Assembly: GCA_035416785.1 (NCBI GenBank)
Contig: DAOLNX010000004.1
Span: forward strand, 1 to 57,853
DNA from: Smithellaceae bacterium
Lineage (GTDB): Bacteria; Desulfobacterota; Syntrophia; Syntrophales; Smithellaceae
Length of the DNA stretch: 57,853 nucleotides
Direction of reading: 5' to 3'
The notes under the pieces are model-generated. The model was given only the letters and a program-made list of their open reading frames with translations, made no database searches and had not been told where the DNA came from. Both the position numbers and the translations under genes were made by a program. Numbering within the stretch: position 1 is the first letter of the stretch; every line of letters starts with the position of its first letter. Shown in pieces: positions 36,864 to 46,814 of this stretch.

Positions 36864-38105
36864 ATGATTGACGAGAAAAAATATCAAAGAATATCGGATA
36901 GAATCGATACCTATCGCAATGAAATGATTGAATTGCAACAAGCTTTGACGGCTGTTCCTGCTGTGGGTCCGATAAACGGCGGCAAAGGTGAAATGCTCAA
37001 AGCCATTCTGCTGAAAGAGCGTCTGAAAGATATGGGATTTTCCTTATTTGCTCATTATGATGCTCCCGACGAATCTGTTCCTGCCGGGTTGCGTCCTAAT
37101 TTTTTTACCACCCTGGAGGGAACGAGTTCCTTGCGGAAAATCTGGATCATTACTCATCTGGATATTGTTCCGCCGGGAGAACTTAACCTTTGGAGCGCCG
37201 ATCCTTACAAGGCATATGTCAAAGACCATCACATTTATGGACGAGGCACGGAGGACAATCAACAGGATATGGTGGCTTCCATTTTTGCGGCAAAAGCCTT
37301 TCTGGACGAGGATATGGCTCCCTCTTCCCATGTGAATCTCTTTTTTGTGGCAGATGAGGAAACCTCCGGCGGCAAAGGACTATATCACGTTCTGGATTTG
37401 CCGGAAAAAATCTTTTCTCCAAATGATCTCATTGTCGTTCCCGATTCGGGAAATGAACAGGGATCGCTCATCGAAGTGGCCGAAAAAGGTATTCTCTGGT
37501 TGGGTTTTAAAACGATCGGCAAACAATGTCATGGAAGCAAACCTCAACTGGGCAACAATGCATTCTCGGCGGCTTCTCACCTGGTGACAAAGCTGACCAA
37601 ATTGAGGAAAATTTTTGGTGAGTCCGATCCGCTTTTTGATCCGCCATTCAGTACATTTGAGCCTACCAAGAAAGAGGCCAATGTCGGCAATATCAATACC
37701 ATTCCTGGGGAAGATATTTTTTATATGGATTGTCGCATCCTGCCCCGGTATGATCTGGAAAAGGTCTTGAAAGAAATTCGTAAAATCACGGAAAAAGTGG
37801 AAAATGAGTTTTCCGTAAAGATTGAAATCTCTCAGGAGCAGTATGTACAGCCGGCTCCGGCCACTTCGTCCGATGCTCCTGTTGTGGGTGTGTTAACGGA
37901 GGCTATTGAGAAAGTTTACCAGGTGAAAGCCTATTCCGGCGGTGTCGGAGCGGGAACCGTTGCCGCTTATCTTCGCAAAAAAGGCTATCCGGTGGCTGTA
38001 TGGTCGAAAACCAACATGAATGCCCATCAACCCGATGAAAACTGTCCAATCGACAATATGGTGGGCAACGCTAAAGTCTTTGCCCGCCTGTTTCTGCATG
38101 GTTAA
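36864..38105 (+). CDS. M20 family metallohydrolase (DapE/ArgE-like)
   Basis: About 413 aa. 'THLDIVPPG', 'GRGTEDNQQ' and 'FVADEETSG' are metal-ligand motifs typical of M20. Confidence 0.75.
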   Translation: MIDEKKYQRISDRIDTYRNEMIELQQALTAVPAVGPINGGKGEMLKAILLKERLKDMGFSLFAHYDAPDESVPAGLRPNFFTTLEGTSSLRKIWIITHLDIVPPGELNLWSADPYKAYVKDHHIYGRGTEDNQQDMVASIFAAKAFLDEDMAPSSHVNLFFVADEETSGGKGLYHVLDLPEKIFSPNDLIVVPDSGNEQGSLIEVAEKGILWLGFKTIGKQCHGSKPQLGNNAFSAASHLVTKLTKLRKIFGESDPLFDPPFSTFEPTKKEANVGNINTIPGEDIFYMDCRILPRYDLEKVLKEIRKITEKVENEFSVKIEISQEQYVQPAPATSSDAPVVGVLTEAIEKVYQVKAYSGGVGAGTVAAYLRKKGYPVAVWSKTNMNAHQPDENCPIDNMVGNAKVFARLFLHG

Positions 38106-38231
38106 TTTCTGTTGCATGGACTGGATCGTCATGTTAGAAATTGATCTACCGTTGGTGTCGCTCTTTTTTTTTCAGGTTTTACTAAGAAAGCGACAGCTGT
38201 ATTCATTTTATTTTTTTCAGAGGCTGTTTTT

Positions 38232-39218
38232 TTGAATAAAGCAACGAAAGATCTTCAGACGGAAAAAGTAGCGTTTGCCGATCAGAATCTGCTGAAGCAT
38301 CTCTGTGGCGAACACGATAAAAATTTGAAGTTGATTGAAAAACGCGAAGCGGTTCAAATCAGACCTTGGGGAAATTCTCTTTCCATTGCTGGGGAAGAGA
38401 ACTCCGTCCTGAAAGTCTCTATCCTTTTCAAACAACTCTACGGCATACTGGAAAAAGGATGGATCATTCATCCGTCCGATGTCGATTATGCCCACCGGAT
38501 TCTGAGTGAAGACATGGAATTCGATCTGGCGCGAATTTTTCTGGACACGGTTTTCATATCTTCCAAGAAGCGTGTGATTACGCCGAAAAGCATTGCTCAG
38601 CGCAGCTATATTGATGCCATGAGAAACGCTGATATGATCCTGGCCATCGGACCGGCCGGCACGGGCAAAACTTATCTAGCGATGGCAATGGCTGCTTCCT
38701 ATTTGCTGGAAAAGAAAGTTCAGCGCATTATTCTGACTCGGCCGGCCGTGGAAGCAGGTGAACGTCTCGGCTTTCTGCCGGGTGATCTTGCCGAAAAAGT
38801 CAATCCGTATCTGAGACCTTTGTATGATGCTCTCTATGACATGGTGGATATGGAAAAAGCCGGAGCCATGATTAACAAAGGTTTGATCGAGGTTGCGCCG
38901 CTGGCCTTCATGCGCGGTCGTACCCTCAACGATTCGTTTATTATTTTGGATGAAGCTCAAAATACCACATCTGAACAAATGAAAATGTTTCTCACCCGAT
39001 TGGGATTCAATTCCAAAGCGGTGGTCACCGGTGACATCACCCAGATTGACCTACCGGCCGAAAAGGCATCCGGACTCATTGAGGCGGATAAAATACTTAG
39101 AAAAATCAACGCAGTGCGTATCGTGCATTTTTCGCAAGTGGATGTAGTTCGGCATCCCCTTGTTGCGGATGTTATATCTGCTTATGCGTCTTGGGAAAAG
39201 GGAAAGCACGCAAAATGA
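38232..39218 (+). CDS. phoH: PhoH-family ATPase (YbeZ-like)
   Basis: 328 aa. Walker A 'GPAGTGKTYLA', 'ILTRPAVEAGERLGFLPGD', 'FIILDEAQNTT'. TTG start is uncertain. Confidence 0.88.
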   Translation: MNKATKDLQTEKVAFADQNLLKHLCGEHDKNLKLIEKREAVQIRPWGNSLSIAGEENSVLKVSILFKQLYGILEKGWIIHPSDVDYAHRILSEDMEFDLARIFLDTVFISSKKRVITPKSIAQRSYIDAMRNADMILAIGPAGTGKTYLAMAMAASYLLEKKVQRIILTRPAVEAGERLGFLPGDLAEKVNPYLRPLYDALYDMVDMEKAGAMINKGLIEVAPLAFMRGRTLNDSFIILDEAQNTTSEQMKMFLTRLGFNSKAVVTGDITQIDLPAEKASGLIEADKILRKINAVRIVHFSQVDVVRHPLVADVISAYASWEKGKHAK

Positions 39219-41527
39219 ATTTTCTTGATTCAACCTCGGAGAAGATTTTTTCCTTCTTTCGGAGACTGAAGGATAAGTATGAATTTTCCTTTACATTTCT
39301 GAATAATATTTTTTTCCAGCGCTGGGGGATTGCTCTTGTTTTGAGTCTTTCTTTAACTCTGATTCTGTCTCCTCCCTTCTATGATTCCTTGCCGCGATAT
39401 TCTCATGGAGAAATTGCCAAAGAAAATATCAAAGCGGACCGGGATTTTCTGGTTGAAGACATCAATTCTACAAGGCAAAAAAGACAGGAAGCATCGTCAA
39501 ACACAAGGCCGGTTTATGACTATGATGCTGAAATACCCCTAACGCTCAAGGCGAAAATGAGGCAGGCTTTTGTGCTGGCTTCCGGGGAACCAGACGATAA
39601 ACAACGAAAAGCTATTCTTGAAAAAAATCTAGACATTACAATAACGGCGGCAGAATATACCTTTTTGGCTGCCAACGACTTTTCCAATGAGCTACTCTCA
39701 AATATTTCAAAAACGATAACCTTTTTTTATCAAAATACGCTGGTTTCACGAAATGTTTTCAGAAAAAGCGAAAACCAGAGCGGAATTACCATTGTGAATG
39801 TCATTTCACGGGAAGAGGAAAATCTCAAGGATGTATCTTCTATTCTGAACATCAAGGATATCGATTCTTTATTGTCCAGGCAGGTCAACACCAATTTTAA
39901 AGACGAGTCTTCAAGTGCACGGCATGTCATTTTTGCTCTTTTAAAGAAGCTTGTCGAACCCAATCTGAGTTTCAATGAGGAAGCAACCCAAAGGAAAATA
40001 CGCTTGGCGGCAGAAGAGGTCAAACCGGTATATTTCCAAGTACAAAAAAATGAGATGATTGTCCGTGAAGGTGACAAAATCGGATACCGCGAACTGGCAA
40101 AATTGAACACGTTTCATAAAACCGTCTCTGAAAGCAAAATATCTACTCTGATGGTCATTTTGGGCATCTTCTGCGTAACTTTGTTCATGACGCTGCTTTT
40201 ATATTTCTGGCGGACCCGAAACTGGCTCAAGACGTCTCCCCGTTCCAACAAGGACTTTTTGGTATTTGCTATTGTAGCAATATTGCAAATGTTTTTTGTA
40301 AAAGCAGGTATTTTTATTTCTGTGGCCATTAACAGGGCCTTTCCCTCGATTCCCATCGACGCCTGCTATTTCTGCATCCCTTTTGCCTGCGGAGCAATGA
40401 TTATTGCCGTACTGGTGAATCGAAACGTTGCGATGATCATGAGTGTTCTAACCTCATTTCTGATTGGGCTTTTGTTTGATGAGAAAATCCTCTTTCCGCT
40501 TTTTTCTTTTCTGGGCTCTGTAGCTGCTTCCTACCACATCGTCAACAGCCGTCAGCGCTCCGCTTTTTTCAAAGTGGGCCTTTTTCTGTCCGTGATCAAC
40601 ATGGCCGCCATTCTTTCGTTAAACCTCCTGACAGGTCATTTATTCAACGATTTGCTAATTCGCCTGTTCATGGGGGGTCTGGGTGGCATGATCACCGCCG
40701 TTCTGGTGGCTGGTTTTACGCCAGTATTTGAGAGTCTTTTTGGATTTATTACCTACATTAAACTACTGGAACTGGCCAACCTCAACCAGCCGCTCTTTCA
40801 AAGAATGATTATCGATGCCCCCGGCACCTATCATCACAGTATCATTGTCGCCTCCCTGGTGGAAGCCGCAGCGGAAGCCATTGGTGCAAATTCGCTTCTG
40901 GCCAAAGTCAGTGCTTACTATCATGATATTGGAAAACTCTCCAAACCTCACTATTTTATTGAAAATCAGCCAGGCTATGATAACCGGCATGACAAACTTT
41001 CTCCCAAAATGAGTTCTTTGATCATCATCTCCCATGTGAAGGAAGGATGCGAACTGGCCTCGTCGGTAAAACTGGGCCAGCCGATTATCAACATTATCCG
41101 GGAACATCACGGTACCAGTTTGGTCAGTTACTTTTTTGATAAAGCCAAAAAAGATAAAGACGAATCTATTCGCTCTCTCACGGAAAGCGATTTTCGTTAT
41201 CCAGGACCGAAGCCGCAAACCAAAGAAGCGGGGCTGGTCATGCTGGGTGATGTTATTGAAGCATCCTCACGGACGCTGACGAATCCGACACCGGCGCGTA
41301 TCCGGTCTCTGGTACGGGAGCGCATTGAACGGATTTATGAAGACGGCCAATTAGACGATTGTGAGCTTACACTGAAAAATCTCAATATTATTGCAGAAAC
41401 TTTTACGCGGATTTTGCTGGGTATCTTCCATCATCGAGTGGATTATCCCGAAGGCGCTGTAAAAGAAACAGGTGGAAAGAAGGAAATCCATGACCATACA
41501 AATCGAAAACCGGCAGAAGCGAGTTAA
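39215..41527 (+). CDS. 7TM-HD (HDIG) membrane phosphohydrolase, PgpH/YqfF-like
   Basis: Extracellular N-domain, about 7 TM helices, HD domain 'HHSIIVASL...YYHDIGK', 'REHHG'. The ATG overlaps the phoH stop (ATGA). Confidence 0.85.
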   Translation: MNFLDSTSEKIFSFFRRLKDKYEFSFTFLNNIFFQRWGIALVLSLSLTLILSPPFYDSLPRYSHGEIAKENIKADRDFLVEDINSTRQKRQEASSNTRPVYDYDAEIPLTLKAKMRQAFVLASGEPDDKQRKAILEKNLDITITAAEYTFLAANDFSNELLSNISKTITFFYQNTLVSRNVFRKSENQSGITIVNVISREEENLKDVSSILNIKDIDSLLSRQVNTNFKDESSSARHVIFALLKKLVEPNLSFNEEATQRKIRLAAEEVKPVYFQVQKNEMIVREGDKIGYRELAKLNTFHKTVSESKISTLMVILGIFCVTLFMTLLLYFWRTRNWLKTSPRSNKDFLVFAIVAILQMFFVKAGIFISVAINRAFPSIPIDACYFCIPFACGAMIIAVLVNRNVAMIMSVLTSFLIGLLFDEKILFPLFSFLGSVAASYHIVNSRQRSAFFKVGLFLSVINMAAILSLNLLTGHLFNDLLIRLFMGGLGGMITAVLVAGFTPVFESLFGFITYIKLLELANLNQPLFQRMIIDAPGTYHHSIIVASLVEAAAEAIGANSLLAKVSAYYHDIGKLSKPHYFIENQPGYDNRHDKLSPKMSSLIIISHVKEGCELASSVKLGQPIINIIREHHGTSLVSYFFDKAKKDKDESIRSLTESDFRYPGPKPQTKEAGLVMLGDVIEASSRTLTNPTPARIRSLVRERIERIYEDGQLDDCELTLKNLNIIAETFTRILLGIFHHRVDYPEGAVKETGGKKEIHDHTNRKPAEAS

Positions 41528-41942
41528 GATCGAGAAGCGAAAAATTCGTCAAGATGTAACGAAGCTGATGAAGCTGCTCAATTGTGCGGATATGGAAGTC
41601 AGTATTTCATTGGTCAGTGATGAAGAGATACAGCGAATCAATCAGCAATATCTTTTCAAAGACAGACCCACCAATGTCATTTCCTTCTCCCTTCAGGAGG
41701 GAGAATATGGCGGTGTGAATCCACGTGTACTGGGTGATATCGTTATTTCCGTTGATACCGCCCTGCGCGATGCAGAAAAAGGCAGCCTGACTTTTGAAAA
41801 TGAAATCACTTTTTTAATCATTCATGGTTTGCTTCATTTAATGGGCTATAACCATGAGAATACTTCCCGGGCAAATGCCCGAAAAATGAAAATGAAAGAA
41901 AACGAGCTTTTTGAGCTCATGACACAGAATCATCGCTTTTGA
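41490..41942 (+). CDS. ybeY: rRNA maturation endoribonuclease YbeY
   Basis: 'HGLLHLMGYNHE' zinc motif and 'TNVISF'. Conserved position after phoH/HD. Confidence 0.88.
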   Translation: MTIQIENRQKRVKIEKRKIRQDVTKLMKLLNCADMEVSISLVSDEEIQRINQQYLFKDRPTNVISFSLQEGEYGGVNPRVLGDIVISVDTALRDAEKGSLTFENEITFLIIHGLLHLMGYNHENTSRANARKMKMKENELFELMTQNHRF

Positions 41943-41962
41943 GAGCCCTTCCGGGACTTTGT

Positions 41963-43945
41963 TTATTTTTTGACAATGAGTATCTGTCCCGGCGCAATAG
42001 GATCATTTCCTGAAAGATTGTTCATTTTCTTCAATTTGGCCAGTTGCACATGGTATTTCCTGGCGATTCCTGCCAGATTCTCACCTTTGGTAACGATATG
42101 TTTATTGCTTCCCAGCTTTTTCATGTCCTTTGCCGTGATTTTTTTGCCGCCGGCAGACCGGGTTACAACTTTTGCAGATGGGTTTTCATTTTCAGTGGAA
42201 GCAGATGGAATCTTCAGATTCCCACCAACTTTCACCTTGTTGCTTTTTAAATTATTGATTTTTTTGAGATCTGAAACCGATACCGCATAGCGACCGGCAA
42301 TACCTGCCAAAGAATCACCCCTTTTTACTTTATAAATTTTTACGGAAGCAGAGGTGCGAGATCCTTTGTTTTTTGCCGCATACTGCTCTTTTCCATCGGC
42401 AGCTTCCATCTGGCTGATTGGAATTTGAATGATACGGCCTTTGGCCAGTCTTCGATTCTTGCTAATCCGGTTGGATTGATAAATCGACTGCCTGGAGACA
42501 CGATATCGTTTGGCAATGGATGCTACGGTTTCTCCGGGACGAACACGATGACGTATGTAGGAAGATTTTTTTCCGGTCGGACCCGTTGTGCTGCTGCCTG
42601 CGTATCTTACAGATGGTTTTTCTCCTTCAGGAATGTCGTTATAAACCAGATTGAATTTTTCTGTCATTCCTTGAGGAACTTTGATGGCATATTCACGATC
42701 AGGCGTCATTTTTGACCGGAGCTCTGCGTTCAAAACACAAATCGTTTCTTCGGGTATTTCCATTTTCTCTGCAACATCAGAGAGTTTCATTATTTTTTGG
42801 ACTTTAACGGTTTCATAAGCCATCAGGGATTTTTTAGGTAATGGCAATGTAAATCCATACTTGTCGGGATTCTTGACAATATGCAGCGTCGCCAGAAAAC
42901 GGGGAACATAACGTGCTGTTTCATTGGGCAATTTAGAGTAGAGATCCCAGAAACGGTCAAAATAATTGATATGCTGTCTGGAAATTACACGAAGAACCCG
43001 GCCCTCGCCGCAATTATAAGCAGCCAGCACGGTGAGCCAGTCTCCGAACATGGAGTGAAGTTCCTTCAAATAGGCAATGGCTGCGTGCGTGGACTTTAAA
43101 ATATCCATCCGTTCGTCCACCCATTCGTCACGGGTCAGACCAAATTTATAGCCGGTGGATGGAATGAACTGCCACAGGCCGAGAGCTCGTGCGGAAGAAT
43201 AAGCACTGACCTTGAAGCCACTCTCCACCAAGGGGAGCCAGAAAAGCTCTTCGGGCACTCCCGCTTTTTTTAATTCGTTCACGATAATATCTTTAAACAT
43301 TCCCGAGCGCTCATACGAAGCCATGAAAAATTCTCTTTCATAGCCCTGAAACGAACGAATTTCCTTTTCCACATCCGCATTCATCAGCAGCTGAATCTCG
43401 CTGTGCTTGCCGTTGGTGCGCGTTTGTTGTGAAGAATAAACGGCCAGAATCCTTTTGGAAATCAGAAGGCGTAAATCATCTTTCTGACGAGCGATTTCCA
43501 CTTCGCCGTTGGTATCCAAAACAAGGGCATAGGCTTTATCGAGCTCATTTAACGTATTTTCGATATCACCATTTTTCCAGTAAGCATCCGCCACTTCCAG
43601 GATTTCAAGGGCATTGTCCATCAAATCCTGTTCTTCAGCCACTTCCATTTTTTCATCTTCATCAGGGTTATCCTTTGTTTCCGGATGATTGGTCTTTGCA
43701 GGTTCTTTTTCCTGTACAGGTTCCTCTGTCTTTTCTTTTTCAAAAAAGACGTTTCTTATCGCATATAAGGGTGTTTCCAACTTGGAAGTGGCTTGTTGTT
43801 TTTGGTCGGCTTCCTTTAATGATGAAAGCGAGGCTGTGCTGACTGTATTTTCAGCAAAGGCCGTTTGGGTGATCATCCATAAAACAGTGAAACTCAAACA
43901 CAATATGACATGCAATATCGGAACGATTCTTTTAAAATTTATCAT
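41963..43945 (-). CDS. membrane-bound lytic murein transglycosylase with three LysM domains (MltD-like)
   Basis: Signal peptide from 'MINFKR...AFA' (ATG 43945, SD GGAGAGAG). SLT motif 'ESGFKVSAYSSARALGLWQF'. Three C-terminal LysM repeats. Confidence 0.8.
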   Translation of the reverse strand: MINFKRIVPILHVILCLSFTVLWMITQTAFAENTVSTASLSSLKEADQKQQATSKLETPLYAIRNVFFEKEKTEEPVQEKEPAKTNHPETKDNPDEDEKMEVAEEQDLMDNALEILEVADAYWKNGDIENTLNELDKAYALVLDTNGEVEIARQKDDLRLLISKRILAVYSSQQTRTNGKHSEIQLLMNADVEKEIRSFQGYEREFFMASYERSGMFKDIIVNELKKAGVPEELFWLPLVESGFKVSAYSSARALGLWQFIPSTGYKFGLTRDEWVDERMDILKSTHAAIAYLKELHSMFGDWLTVLAAYNCGEGRVLRVISRQHINYFDRFWDLYSKLPNETARYVPRFLATLHIVKNPDKYGFTLPLPKKSLMAYETVKVQKIMKLSDVAEKMEIPEETICVLNAELRSKMTPDREYAIKVPQGMTEKFNLVYNDIPEGEKPSVRYAGSSTTGPTGKKSSYIRHRVRPGETVASIAKRYRVSRQSIYQSNRISKNRRLAKGRIIQIPISQMEAADGKEQYAAKNKGSRTSASVKIYKVKRGDSLAGIAGRYAVSVSDLKKINNLKSNKVKVGGNLKIPSASTENENPSAKVVTRSAGGKKITAKDMKKLGSNKHIVTKGENLAGIARKYHVQLAKLKKMNNLSGNDPIAPGQILIVKK

Positions 43946-44144
43946 GGATTCTCTCTCCTGTAATTTGTTGGTTATGGAAAAAGTCAGGTGATTCGGACCG
44001 AACTTTTTCCGGACACTCGGCTGATCTATGCTTTCCGAAGGCCGTGTCGGCCTGAACATACCGGCGCTGTATAGCATACTTTCCTCAAATCCCCAAATAA
44101 ATATCACTATTCAAAACTTGATAAAAATATATGATATTTATCAT

Positions 44145-45261
44145 CTATCCATTGGTTTGTGCATCATTACCCAGCATCAGATAAGCTTGGAGAAAATCGT
44201 CAATTTCGCCGTCGAGTACTTTTTGCGCGTTACCCATTTCCAAGTTTGTCCTGTGGTCCTTCACCATCTTGTATGGATGCAAAACATAGGAGCGAATCTG
44301 GCTGCCCCACGCAATATCTTTTTTCTGCTTGTTTTCTTCATCCAGCTTTTCATTTTTTTGCTGGAGCTCTCGTTCGTAAAGACGGGATTTAAGATATTTC
44401 ATCGCCATAGCCTTATTTTTATGTTGGGATCTTTCATTCTGGCACTGAACGACAATACCCGTTGGTAAATGGGTGATACGGACGGCAGAGTCCGTTTTGT
44501 TAACATGTTGACCACCCTTGCCGCCCGAGCGGAAGGTATCGATTCTCAAATCATCTTCATTGATGTCAATTTTGATTTCATCGTCTACTTCGGGATACAC
44601 AAACACGGATGCAAATGATGTATGACGCCTGCCCCCTGCATCAAAAGGAGAAATGCGCACCAGACGGTGAATGCCGATTTCCGCTTTGGTATAACCATAG
44701 GCATACTCTCCCTCAACCGTAAAAGAGACGCTCTTGACGCCTGCTTCATCTCCCGGTAAATAATCAATGATGCTGGTTCTGAACTCTCTTTTTTCCGCCC
44801 AGCGCAAATACATGCGTAAAAGCATTTCCACCCAATCCTGTGCCTCGGTTCCTCCCGCGCCCGCATGAATGGACATGATTGCGTTCATCGGGTCCTGTTC
44901 GCTCGAAAGCATCATTTTAAGTTCTTCCAAGCGGACATTTGCTGACAGACCCTCTATTTCTGTGGATAAGTCGTCGAGGACTTGTTCGTCTTCTTCCTCC
45001 AAAGCGAGCGTAAGCAGATTTTCAATATCCTGGATCTGACTCTGAAATTTTTTCCATTGTTCCAGAGAGCTGGATAATTTTGTTTTCTTTTGTAAAAGGA
45101 TCCGGGCTTTGTCCTGGTCCTCCCAAAAATCTTTCCTTGCCGATAGGATTTCCAAGTCTTTGACTTTTAATTCCAGTTCTCCAACGTCAAAGGCATTCCC
45201 CTATATAATGAATTCTTTTTTTCAGGCTGACCATCATTTCTTGAATGTTTTCTGCTGACAT
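44145..45261 (-). CDS. prfB: peptide chain release factor 2 (requires programmed +1 frameshift)
   Basis: 'SPF' and 'GGQ' motifs. ATG 45261 (SD GGGAGGA) encodes MSAENIQEMMVSLKKRIHYIGECL, then an in-frame TGA (45189-45187). Reading resumes at +1 as DVGELELK... through to 44145. Confidence 0.9.
45186..45202 (-). promoter_or_regulatory. prfB: prfB +1 frameshift site (AGGGG-N5-CTT TGA C)
   Basis: The minus strand reads AGGGGAATGCCTTTGAC: an SD-like AGGGG at 45202-45198, then the slippery CTT TGA C at 45192-45186. Confidence 0.85.
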
Positions 45262-46814
45262 TTCTTCCTCCCTTGAATGCTTATGAAGACTACAACAGCA
45301 AGGCAAATAAAACAAGTCCATACGAGTATATCGCCATACTGTGCGTAAATCGTCGGCACCGTAGCAAATTTTACAGTGCCTGAAAGCTGATCTTTTTGAA
45401 AAATCGAAGTCTTTGCGATGATTTGCCCTGTCGGATCGACAATGGCGGAAATGCCCGTATTCGCTGCCCGCACAAGGAACAGCCGTGTTTCCACAGCGCG
45501 AAAAATCGACATGGATAGATGTTGATACGGAGCGGAAGTTGCACCAAACCAGGCATCATTGGTGATATTCACCAGCAAATCGGCAGAGGCGTTTTTATAT
45601 TTCCGTCCGGCTTCCGGCAGAATGCCTTCGTAGCAGATGAGGATGCCGATTTTTCGACCGCCCATGTCCAGGGGTTTAAACCCCATCCCTTGAGCAAAAT
45701 CCCCGATTCCCTGTGCCAGACGGCTGATGAAAGGAAAAACCGTTTTGAGCGGAACATACTCTCCATAGGGCACAAGATGAACCTTATCGTACTTTCCGGC
45801 AATATCACCCGAGGGCGACAGCAAAAAGGCACTGTTAAAGTAATCCGTATGGGTCCCTTTTCCTGTGTAGCTCACGGAACCAACCAGCAGCCAGCTTTCT
45901 GTCCTAACCGGCAAAGCAATCACTTTGCGCTGAAAATCGCCTTGTTCCTGAAGATAAAATGGAACCGCTGTCTCTGGCCAGACAATGAGTCCTTTGGGTT
46001 GAATTGAATGGTGTAAAGTCAACTCCTCATACGTATTCAGAATTTGATTTTGATACTGTTGATTCCATTTTACCGACTGGTCGATATTTCCCTGAATCAG
46101 CGAGACATTCATGCTTTGGCCGTTTTGATAGGCCTGGGTTACTTGAGAAATGCGCTGGATGCCGTAAGCGTAAACACCGGACCAGACAAGAAACACCATT
46201 CCGGCTAGCACAAAGGATTTTTTATTTTTCTGTGTCAGGATGGCGAAAAAGGCAACATTTAAAAGCAAAATGAGAAAGGACAAGCCATAAACGCCGGCAA
46301 TGTCAGCAAACTGAAGAAGGAAAAGATTACGGAACTGTGAATATCCGAGATTTTCCCACGGAAACCCCGTAAATAAATGAGATTTAATGTATTCCAGGCA
46401 AACCCATATTCCAGGCGCAGCCAGGATCAAAGGAATCTTGCTCCTGAAATAAACCAGTCCTGTGGAAAAAACCGCAAAATAGAAGCCCAGATAAGAAGCA
46501 AGAAGTAACATAATCGGAATGCCCAATGTCAACGGCAGGCTACCGTAGTGGACAACGACAAATACAATCCAGTAAACGATTCCAGAATATGCGCATAGGC
46601 CTGCGAGCCACCCCAGAAAAAAAGCCGACCTAAGTGAAGTGACATTCCGTAAGGCAATGAAAAGAGGAACAAAAGCAATCCATGCGATGAAGCCCAGACC
46701 GTATTTGGGAAAAGATAAAAACAGTAGAATTCCGCTCAGCAACGCAAAAAAAACCTGTTGGCGCCCAATGCTTGCCGACTTGCCGGCGCCAGGAGTCGCA
46801 TCGTCATTTTTCAT
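45234..46814 (-). CDS. lnt: apolipoprotein N-acyltransferase
   Basis: 526 aa. Polytopic N-terminus and a CN-hydrolase domain with 'LIVWPETAVP', 'KVHLVPYGEY' and 'IGILICYE'. Confidence 0.88.
   Translation of the reverse strand: MKNDDATPGAGKSASIGRQQVFFALLSGILLFLSFPKYGLGFIAWIAFVPLFIALRNVTSLRSAFFLGWLAGLCAYSGIVYWIVFVVVHYGSLPLTLGIPIMLLLASYLGFYFAVFSTGLVYFRSKIPLILAAPGIWVCLEYIKSHLFTGFPWENLGYSQFRNLFLLQFADIAGVYGLSFLILLLNVAFFAILTQKNKKSFVLAGMVFLVWSGVYAYGIQRISQVTQAYQNGQSMNVSLIQGNIDQSVKWNQQYQNQILNTYEELTLHHSIQPKGLIVWPETAVPFYLQEQGDFQRKVIALPVRTESWLLVGSVSYTGKGTHTDYFNSAFLLSPSGDIAGKYDKVHLVPYGEYVPLKTVFPFISRLAQGIGDFAQGMGFKPLDMGGRKIGILICYEGILPEAGRKYKNASADLLVNITNDAWFGATSAPYQHLSMSIFRAVETRLFLVRAANTGISAIVDPTGQIIAKTSIFQKDQLSGTVKFATVPTIYAQYGDILVWTCFICLAVVVFISIQGRKKCQQKTFKK

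Noticed and set aside
44035-44055. A short GC hairpin (AGGCCG-ACA-CGGCCT) between prfB and the MltD-like gene, considered as a possible terminator.
   Set aside because: The stem is only 6 bp with a 3-nt loop and no U-tract on the minus strand. That is insufficient evidence.
45155-45155. The ORF-track start (TTG) for release factor 2.
   Set aside because: It would truncate the conserved N-domain. The upstream ATG 45261 plus the CTT TGA C frameshift cassette explains the gene better.
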